A stretch of DNA of 24,140 nucleotides, taken from a virus. Taxonomy: Duplodnaviria > Heunggongvirae > Uroviricota > Caudoviricetes. The notes beneath the pieces were generated by a model that saw only the letters and a list, made by a program, of their open reading frames with translations, was not told the origin of the DNA and searched no databases. Positions 18,411 through 24,140 of the stretch are shown here, one piece after another. How positions within the stretch are numbered: the stretch's first letter is position 1; each line of letters starts with the position of its first letter. The translations under genes and the position numbers were made by a program. The stretch covers positions 1 to 24,140 of the IMG/VR virus record IMGVR_UViG_2713896901_000009; one strand, written 5' to 3'.

Positions 18411-19913
18411 CTATCTTGTTGACCGTGCGATGGGCCTGATTGGGGCTGGTATCTTTTTCTCTTTTGGTTTTTTGATGTCGCGCATCATTTTTGCGAAGCG
18501 GCGCATCATGTATGCATAGCGAACGGCGGATAGCACGTCATCGTTAAGCTTGACGATTTTCCCGTTTTCATCACGGTGATAGAGGCGGAACTCCTCAAAG
18601 AATGGCTCACAGGTGTTGAATACTTTGAAGCGACCATCGAGCATCATGTCGCGCAATTCAGTGATGCCAGGCTCCACAGCGTTACCGCCATCAGGCCATG
18701 TCGCATGCTCCTGCAACATCATAAAACCAGCGTCGGCATACTGCCCTTTGAGCTGCTCACCGCCGCCCTTCTCATGCTGGTTTCCGTCATGAGGCCATGC
18801 GGTTGGCACTTTATGCGCCCATGATTTAACGGCTCCCCAAGCCTGAACGGCTGTTTTTTCTTTCGCCTTCCACACGCGTGAAACGTAGATTGTGTCTGCA
18901 TCTTTATCCCACCAAAGCTGAACATGCGCCTGCGGGTGATCCCATCCGAAATCCATCCCGCCAATTACGTAGAAGTGATCAGGACACTCGAACGGCTGAC
19001 ACTTAATCGTCTCTTCCGGTATCTGGAAGATTCGCCCGCTACCCATCGTAGGAATACCGCGAGCACGCGCCTCTCTCTCATGCTCAGGATAGGATGCGAT
19101 GATTTGCTCTTTCTGCTCGTCGGTGTAGTGCTCAGCGTCATAGATGGTCATGTTGACCACTTTCTGAGACTTGCTGGGATCCTTCAGGAACTTGGTAACA
19201 ACGTCAGACATCCCCATCAGCGGGGTAAACGTCAGAATTGAGAATTGCCCGTATTTGTTGGTACGGGTAAGCCCTTCGCCATAAATGCTGTATGGTGGTT
19301 CTTCGTCAAACCACACGCCGTGGATTGTGTCACCCTGCCAGCGAGCGCGGCCTTGCGAGTATGGTTTGAAGTAGCAGATTGAAATGCCATCTTCAACGCC
19401 ATCAGCCGTGTGATGCTTAACCAGAAGATGATCAACAAGGTTCGGAAAGAAAGGAGACTTCTTCCAGCTAATGATGTCTTCTTTCGGTATGGAACCGTAG
19501 CCAGGCTCATCATTCTCTTCGATACGACCGCACAGGATGCGTTGAGTCGTTTTGGTTACAGTCTCGTTTGTCTCTCCACCAATCCAGAAGACAACAGGCT
19601 CATAGAAACGCTTACCTTTCCACTCCCCACCATATTTACCATCAGCCGGATATCCTTTTGTTCCTGGATAACGTCCGGTAAGGTGAAACGCGACTTCAGC
19701 AGCACCAGTAAATGACTTACCAAGCTGGTTACCAGCCATAAAACAGCGCTCTGGATAGTCATGCCCGGCGTCGATGAACTCACGCTGTTTGCTGTATGGC
19801 GTAAATTCATATAGCAGGTGTGTGTTCCGGTAGTTCTCTTCTTCTTCGAGTTGCTCGAGCAATTCTATTTGCTCTTCGTCGCTCAAGTTATCAAGAATCG
19901 CGTCCAGTTCCAC
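18411..19913 (-). CDS. Terminase large subunit, P22 gp2-like
   Basis: 500 aa, with ATPase and nuclease regions. Overlaps the terS 3' end by 23 nt. Confidence 0.9.
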   Translation of the reverse strand: MELDAILDNLSDEEQIELLEQLEEEENYRNTHLLYEFTPYSKQREFIDAGHDYPERCFMAGNQLGKSFTGAAEVAFHLTGRYPGTKGYPADGKYGGEWKGKRFYEPVVFWIGGETNETVTKTTQRILCGRIEENDEPGYGSIPKEDIISWKKSPFFPNLVDHLLVKHHTADGVEDGISICYFKPYSQGRARWQGDTIHGVWFDEEPPYSIYGEGLTRTNKYGQFSILTFTPLMGMSDVVTKFLKDPSKSQKVVNMTIYDAEHYTDEQKEQIIASYPEHEREARARGIPTMGSGRIFQIPEETIKCQPFECPDHFYVIGGMDFGWDHPQAHVQLWWDKDADTIYVSRVWKAKEKTAVQAWGAVKSWAHKVPTAWPHDGNQHEKGGGEQLKGQYADAGFMMLQEHATWPDGGNAVEPGITELRDMMLDGRFKVFNTCEPFFEEFRLYHRDENGKIVKLNDDVLSAVRYAYMMRRFAKMMRDIKKPKEKKIPAPIRPIARSTR

Positions 19914-20379
19914 GGTTGAGTAGCTCCTTGATACGAGAGCGCCGCTTATCGCGATCTCCCTTATCAGGTGTCACGTCTTCAACTTGCGACTGCTCTTTGA
20001 GGCCCAAATCACGGGCGATGATGTTAGCGTTGAGAAGGTCAGCGGCTGCGCCAGAGAATTTCTGGTCGTAGATGACCTGCTCTGCTCGCGTAACGACTTC
20101 AGATAAATCTTCTCGCAGGCGATATGTGCGCCATGTTTCAAGCGTCACATCAATGAACAGAGTGAGGCCGGTAATGGTCATCGCTCGCATCTTGGCGATA
20201 GGCTCTTGTATCACTTCACCCTGATACGAGAACGCCTTCATCTCCCATAGCGGGTTAGCTTCTACCCACTCGAAGTATTCACAACAAGCAGCCCACAGCG
20301 CCTCAGGCGATTCGAATTTAGGATTTCGCCCATGACTACTGCGGGCCTCCCAAAATCGATTGCCCTTTGGTGCTGCCAT
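19891..20379 (-). CDS. Terminase small subunit, P22 gp3-like
   Basis: Preferred start is ATG at 20379 (GTGAG 6 nt upstream), giving 162 aa [20 protein letters not shown]... The ORF-track start at 20385 has no usable spacing. Confidence 0.85.
   Translation of the reverse strand: MAAPKGNRFWEARSSHGRNPKFESPEALWAACCEYFEWVEANPLWEMKAFSYQGEVIQEPIAKMRAMTITGLTLFIDVTLETWRTYRLREDLSEVVTRAEQVIYDQKFSGAAADLLNANIIARDLGLKEQSQVEDVTPDKGDRDKRRSRIKELLNRGTGRDS
20091..20112 (-). other. pac site (headful packaging initiation) inside terS
   Basis: Minus strand reads GAAGATTTATCTGAAGTCGTTA, matching the 22-bp P22 pac sequence as I recall it. It encodes ...EDLSEVV... within the small terminase. Confidence 0.55.
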
Positions 20380-20402
20380 ATTCATCTCACTTAGTTGTTA
20401 TT

Positions 20403-20582
20403 TCAGGTTGAGGACTCTTTCGCGCCTTCAATCAGTGACTGCTTCAGCAATTCGAGTGTGCCAATCGCCTCGCATAAACTGATTTCACCATCGTAATCAT
20501 GGATGGCGCTTTCCAGCCGCTCGTATAGCCCTTGAGTAATTGGGAATTTCTTCTCCTTACCCAAATTGATTACGCGACTCAC
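20403..20582 (-). CDS. Small hypothetical protein (59 aa; not in the ORF track)
   Basis: GTG at 20582 with GGAG 6 nt upstream, TGA at 20403-20405. Translation VSRVINLGKEKKFPITQGLYERLESAIHDYDGEISLCEAIGTLELLKQSLIEGAKESST. Fills the gap between orf80 and terS. Confidence 0.4.
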   Translation of the reverse strand: MSRVINLGKEKKFPITQGLYERLESAIHDYDGEISLCEAIGTLELLKQSLIEGAKESST

Positions 20583-20583
20583 A

Positions 20584-20826
20584 TCATGCTCCGGTAGTGA
20601 ACAGGTCTAACGCTTCCTTCGATTTACGCACCGCTTCGATAGTGCGGGTCGTGATATCTGAATTAGCGCCGCCTGACTGGAAGTGAATTTTGAATAGCTC
20701 AAGCTTCAGCTCGTCAGTGCCAATGAACTGAAATGCTTCCTCTGCGGCTGCGTTCTGGTTCATGACCAGTTTGTAAATCTCTAGCTGGAATTTCTGTTCT
20801 TCAGTCATGGGAATAATCTCTGCCAT
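20584..20826 (-). CDS. Small hypothetical protein (80 aa)
   Basis: ATG at 20826 with GGAG 7 nt upstream; acidic, helical; no family recognised. Confidence 0.5.
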   Translation of the reverse strand: MAEIIPMTEEQKFQLEIYKLVMNQNAAAEEAFQFIGTDELKLELFKIHFQSGGANSDITTRTIEAVRKSKEALDLFTTGA

Positions 20827-21125
20827 TGTTGGCTCCGTTTATCCGTTAAAAGGGATATCAGTTAAGTTATCCCGTGTAGGGTATAAGCCATTGTCGAGAC
20901 CACTCATTGAATGGTCTCTGCAATAACCGATGTCTTTCCATCAGTCCGCCACCACAAAGAATCTTTTTTGCCATAAGGCAGGAGGTTCATCTTTCAGTGG
21001 CTGCCAGTGTTATTTCCCCCACTTACTGGCTTGGGTTGTTTCGCTGTACTGCCGTAACTGGTTTCCCAGAATAAATTCCGGTTTCATTATCAAGCCCCCC
21101 GTAGATAGGCTTTGTAATGACATCT

Positions 21126-21650
21126 TCAATTAATCAGCAGTTCAGGCTGTGTCACCTGCAAGATGTATTCATGCTCGACAGCCAGGACACGCTTCTCTTT
21201 CTTCCGTTCGTTCATTAACCGACTGCCGATCGTACCTTTCAGCTTTGAGCGTGTTTCTTTGATGGCGTAGCGGTGCTGCATTTCTTCGCCAATTGCCATG
21301 CGGCGGCTCAGTTGCTCTGCCATCCAGTTGAATGCTGCGATATAGCTCTCCTTGATTGCCGCAGCAGCTTTCCCGGTGAACCCCATCACAACCATGATCC
21401 AGCCATCTTTCGTCAGGCTGTACATCGGGCGAACCTTGCCCTGCTCATCGATATAATCAGCCGACGCAAAATTGCGTTGGCTAAACTCACGCGAGCAATC
21501 AGCCTTAACCTGCTCGATTTTCCTGAGAACATCACCGTGTCGCTTGCCGAAGTACTTGGCAATTTTTCTGGATGTGGTAACGACCTCTCCGTTTTTGGCT
21601 TGCACCATTTCTCGGAAGTCGAAGGCTGGAATAACTGAATGATTATTCAT
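21126..21650 (-). CDS. rha: Rha family phage regulatory protein
   Basis: Start taken at ATG 21650 (MNNHSVIPAFDFREMVQAKNGEVVTTSRKIAKYFGKRHGDVLRKIEQ...), the Rha signature region. The upstream extension in the ORF track looks non-coding. Confidence 0.8.
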   Translation of the reverse strand: MNNHSVIPAFDFREMVQAKNGEVVTTSRKIAKYFGKRHGDVLRKIEQVKADCSREFSQRNFASADYIDEQGKVRPMYSLTKDGWIMVVMGFTGKAAAAIKESYIAAFNWMAEQLSRRMAIGEEMQHRYAIKETRSKLKGTIGSRLMNERKKEKRVLAVEHEYILQVTQPELLIN

Positions 21651-21794
21651 AGCGTCTTTACCTTTTAGAAAGTGAGCCTGTCTCACAGAAAAGCCGCCCG
21701 AGAGAGGTCGCCACCTATAACGGCATTTCTCAGGCTCGCTTACTGAAAGGCTCTCGTTAATATGCGCGTGAGATGCGCTGTGAAATTCAGATAT

Positions 21795-21817
21795 AAAAAG
21801 CCCCGCGAATGCGAGGC
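21795..21817 (-). terminator. Candidate intrinsic terminator between the lysis cassette and rha
   Basis: Minus-strand RNA GCCUCGC-AUUC-GCGGGGC (7-bp stem, one mismatch) followed by UUUUUAU. Confidence 0.4.
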
Positions 21818-21992
21818 TAAATCCTGGTATTTGTAATGAACTGGCTCTTATCTCAACGCAGCCCCTTACTGCGCGCCAGATGCTCAATATCAAGCATCAG
21901 CAATGAGATGTTTAATCTGGATTTACTCCAGAAGTGATCACCACCCTGTCTACAGAGCCAGATGTGAAGGATGATGAGTAAAATTATCGCTA

Positions 21993-22454
21993 TCATCGAA
22001 GGCATTGCGTCCTGATGTATTCCTGCAAATATCCAACCTGTTTCGTCACTGTGACGATTCGCTCTCTGAGGATGAAATAATCCCGTTCAGCGGAGTCAGT
22101 AAGTCGGGGGCCGGTAGCATCGCCCAGGCCGCCGGTGATGGTCGCTCCGTTCGCGGGACATCTGGCGTTGAGGTGCAGCCCACACTTGCCAGTGCGAACA
22201 CAACGCTGCAAATCATCAAGCTGCTTTTTAGCATCAGCTAAGTCCTTCGTGTATTTGGCATCCAGAGCCGCTACATCACGCTGGCGGATCTGCATGTCTT
22301 TGATGGTGGCGTTCGCCAGCTTCAACTCTCTGGCGTTTTTGTCGCGCTGCTCTTTGTAGGAGATGGCGTTATCACGGTAATGATTAACAGCCCATGACAG
22401 GCAGACGATGATGCAGATAACCAAAGCGGAGATAATCGCGGTTACTCTGCTCAT
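21993..22454 (-). CDS. Rz: Rz i-spanin
   Basis: ATG at 22454 overlaps the endolysin stop (ATGA), giving 153 aa with N-terminal TM anchor [23 protein letters not shown] and a coiled-coil periplasmic domain. The ORF-track start at 22466 is GTG. Confidence 0.85.
   Translation of the reverse strand: MSRVTAIISALVICIIVCLSWAVNHYRDNAISYKEQRDKNARELKLANATIKDMQIRQRDVAALDAKYTKDLADAKKQLDDLQRCVRTGKCGLHLNARCPANGATITGGLGDATGPRLTDSAERDYFILRERIVTVTKQVGYLQEYIRTQCLR
22046..22234 (-). CDS. Rz1: Rz1 o-spanin lipoprotein, embedded in Rz in the +1 frame
   Basis: 62 aa: [20 protein letters not shown] (signal plus lipobox Cys), then a Pro-rich mature part. Entirely inside Rz. Confidence 0.8.
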   Translation of the reverse strand: MLKSSLMICSVVFALASVGCTSTPDVPRTERPSPAAWAMLPAPDLLTPLNGIISSSESESSQ

Positions 22455-22948
22455 TGTTGCCCCCACAAACAGACTTCACGCTCAATCTCGCGGCGAGTCA
22501 TCAGCCCTTTCCATTGCTTACCGCCAGCGTATGTCCAGCGCCGTAGCTGATCACATGCGCCTTTGATATCGCCCTGGTTTATTTTGCGAAGAAGCGTCGA
22601 TGTTCTGAAATTGCCAGCACCCACGTTGTAGACGAACGAGTAAAGAGCGCCGCGCGTTGTTTCCGGTATATCGACTTTGATGTACGGGTTAATTTGTCTG
22701 GCGACCGTGGCAAGGTCTTTATTCAGGAGGGCTTTGCATTCTGCTTCGGTATACGTTTTACCGAGCATGATGTCTTTTCCGGTGTGTCCGTGACATACAG
22801 TCCATACACCAACGATATCTTTATATGGTATGTAGCTGACGCCTTCCAGACCATCGTTACCACTTGGGCCAGTGATTAACACAGATGCTATAGCAATAGC
22901 CCCGCCACCAATAGCAGCAGCAACGGCTTTTCGTAATGATGGAGGCAT
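22451..22948 (-). CDS. R: SAR endolysin (phage-21 R-type lysozyme)
   Basis: 165 aa. N-terminal signal-anchor-release segment [20 protein letters not shown], followed by the T4-lysozyme-type E-x8-D-x5-T catalytic motif ([16 protein letters not shown]). Confidence 0.85.
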   Translation of the reverse strand: MPPSLRKAVAAAIGGGAIAIASVLITGPSGNDGLEGVSYIPYKDIVGVWTVCHGHTGKDIMLGKTYTEAECKALLNKDLATVARQINPYIKVDIPETTRGALYSFVYNVGAGNFRTSTLLRKINQGDIKGACDQLRRWTYAGGKQWKGLMTRREIEREVCLWGQQ

Positions 22949-23163
22949 TATTCACCTCTCGCAGCCTTTCTTCTGTCTTCTCTGATTTTGAAGTACAGAT
23001 TTGTCAGATAGGTGAGAAAGCCCAACACAAGGCTTCCAAGCACTCCAATCGCAGCCCACTGTGATGGACTGACCTGATCCAACCACTGCAAAAACCAGTA
23101 TCCCGCACTACCCGCGGATGTTCCGTAGGCAATGCCAGTAGAGATTTTGTCCATTGATTTCAT
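22948..23163 (-). CDS. S: Pinholin (phage-21 S-type), dual start
   Basis: 71 aa MKSMDKIS... with in-frame starts at M1 and M4 (antiholin/holin pair), two TMDs, basic C-terminus. GGAGG 8 nt upstream. Confidence 0.85.
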   Translation of the reverse strand: MKSMDKISTGIAYGTSAGSAGYWFLQWLDQVSPSQWAAIGVLGSLVLGFLTYLTNLYFKIREDRRKAARGE

Positions 23164-23281
23164 AGCAACGCCTCCGCCAGTAACGGATTGCGTAGTTCTT
23201 ATATTGGGAAGGGGAAAAAAGAAGGCCGCAGCGTAACTATCACTGATGAATTCAGGATAGCCAGTGGCTACGGCTCAGTTA

Positions 23282-23357
23282 TGGTGCTGGTTAACGGACT
23301 TGAACCGCTACCCATTCGCTTACAAGGCGACTGCTCTACCATTAGAGCTAAACCAGC
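23282..23357 (-). tRNA. tRNA-Thr (anticodon UGU)
   Basis: 76 nt. 7-bp acceptor stem GCTGGTT/AACCAGC, D-arm GCTC-TAATGGTA-GAGC, anticodon loop CTTGTAA, T-arm AGCGG-TTCAAGT-CCGTT (one G.U), discriminator A, encoded CCA. Confidence 0.85.
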
Positions 23358-23362
23358 ATGTT

Positions 23363-23437
23363 TGGCGGGACAGCGTGGACTCGAACCACGATAAGAAGGT
23401 TAACAGCCTTCCGTAATGACCTTTATACGACTGACCC
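23363..23437 (-). tRNA. tRNA-Asn (anticodon GUU), with noncanonical features
   Basis: 75 nt. Perfect anticodon stem GAAGG/CCTTC with loop CTGTTAA, T-arm CGTGG-TTCGAGT-CCACG, encoded CCA. But there is a T-T mismatch at acceptor pair 4-69 and only a 3-bp D-stem. Confidence 0.6.
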
Positions 23438-23482
23438 AAATAAAAAAGCCACCGTTGCAACTTAAGAGTCACTAACGGCAGC
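23438..23482 (-). terminator. Candidate tR'-like terminator between Q and the tRNAs
   Basis: Minus-strand RNA GCUGCCGUU / AACGGUGGC can form a 9-bp stem (7 Watson-Crick plus 2 G.U) with a 17-nt loop, followed immediately by UUUUUUAUUU. Confidence 0.35.
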
Positions 23483-23527
23483 TTATGCGAATAGTGTTGC
23501 TCATTTGCTCAATGATGTCAACACGTT

Positions 23528-24016
23528 CTATGCTACATGTTTAATTTTCTCTACACGTTTCCGGTTTTTAAACGCACTATCCAGAACCGGGTAAATCATA
23601 AACAACGAGGCATTGAGGATTTCGTCAACTTCCCGGCGACAGGTTGCGAGCGATGGTTTTTGAATGCGCCCGCCACCCCGGCATAACATCTTGCGAGGTC
23701 TTGCGACGCGATGATAGTAAGATGCAATGGCGTGCTTAGATGAACCATGAGCGTAGTAGCTGAGGAGGATGCCAAAGGCTTTCTTGTCAATATACATGAC
23801 GGAATCGACGACCTGAGAAATCAACATTCCATCATCATCATTACACATTGGCCTTGTCATAACTCTTCCCGGCTCTACGCTCTCCATGAACTTCGCTATT
23901 ACGCTGCTCATGCGCTTTTCCAGACGACCTGAATAAACCCATGCGCCCCACAGTTCAAGCCAGCCATTCAGCCACTCGTGCTGTTCTTTGGTGAGGTTTA
24001 GTTCTCTTATGCCCAT
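23528..24016 (-). CDS. Q: Late-gene antiterminator Q (phage 82/21-type Q family)
   Basis: 162 aa. Contains ELWGAWV and RPMCNDDDGMLI motifs that align with the WGAW / RPxCxDDD signature of Q-like antiterminators. GGGAG 7 nt upstream of the ATG. Sits directly upstream of the lysis cassette. Confidence 0.75.
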   Translation of the reverse strand: MGIRELNLTKEQHEWLNGWLELWGAWVYSGRLEKRMSSVIAKFMESVEPGRVMTRPMCNDDDGMLISQVVDSVMYIDKKAFGILLSYYAHGSSKHAIASYYHRVARPRKMLCRGGGRIQKPSLATCRREVDEILNASLFMIYPVLDSAFKNRKRVEKIKHVA

Positions 24017-24062
24017 GCAATTTCTCCCTTGTTATCTGGAATGTTTTTTACTGAGAACGTCA

Positions 24063-24140
24063 TGCGGCCTCACTTCTGCTATTTCGCAGGTCTTTGAGTT
24101 TCTGCTGATACTCCGCCTTGATCGCCTTGCACTCTTCGAC
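24063..24140 (-). CDS. 3' end of an upstream gene (partial, 26 codons), function unknown
   Basis: Minus-strand frame is open from the window edge to TGA at 24060-24062 (...VEECKAIKAEYQQKLKDLRNSRSEAA). Confidence 0.35.

Noticed and set aside
20380-20385. terS start at 20385
   Set aside because: The only SD-like sequence abuts that ATG with no spacer. The ATG at 20379 has correct spacing and gives the 162-aa product.
21651-21893. N-terminal extension of the Rha ORF
   Set aside because: The 81-aa extension has no SD and non-protein-like composition. The Rha signature begins at the internal ATG at 21650.
22005-22359. Plus-strand ORFs inside the Rz/Rz1 region
   Set aside because: They are antisense to the spanin genes. 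Only the minus-strand embedded frame (Rz1) has a signal peptide and lipobox.
22455-22466. Rz start at 22466 as given in the ORF track
   Set aside because: That codon is GTG and would overlap the endolysin by 16 nt. The ATG at 22454 forms the classic ATGA stop/start overlap and gives the canonical 153-aa Rz.
23164-23281. Possible third tRNA between tRNA-Thr and the holin
   Set aside because: No T-loop or acceptor-stem pattern is present. The interval holds only the holin SD and leader.
1-24140. CRISPR arrays, insertion sequences or transposases
   Set aside because: There are no regularly spaced direct repeats and no transposase-like ORFs. The only mobile-element-like gene is the HNH endonuclease.

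Overview
Almost the whole window is the late region of a P22-like lambdoid podophage, read on the minus strand, ending at the phage attachment site. Order from high to low coordinates: a partial upstream gene; Q-type late antiterminator; two tRNA genes (Thr-UGU, Asn-GUU); a phage-21-type lysis cassette (dual-start pinholin, SAR endolysin, Rz with embedded Rz1); Rha and two small ORFs; small and large terminase, with a pac-like site inside terS; a plus-strand HNH endonuclease wedged between terminase and portal; portal, scaffold, coat, gp4, gp10, tail needle with C-terminal knob, gp14, ejection proteins gp7/gp20/gp16; an island of small cargo genes; an immI-like module (mnt plus / arc-ant minus) with a candidate sar-like antisense RNA; tailspike with a P22-type head-binding N-terminus; then a tRNA-Thr(CGU) 3' half (att core) and the 3' end of an integrase. 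Because int and tailspike flank the att core, this is the attP (phage or circular) configuration, not a host-prophage junction. The least explained part is the cargo island at 4358-5740 (secreted protein, two-TM protein, HExxH protein, signal-peptide protein) in the slot where P22 carries sieA. All protein identifications are from reading the translations against remembered family signatures; no database search was run, and I cannot tell whether this exact phage is already sequenced.
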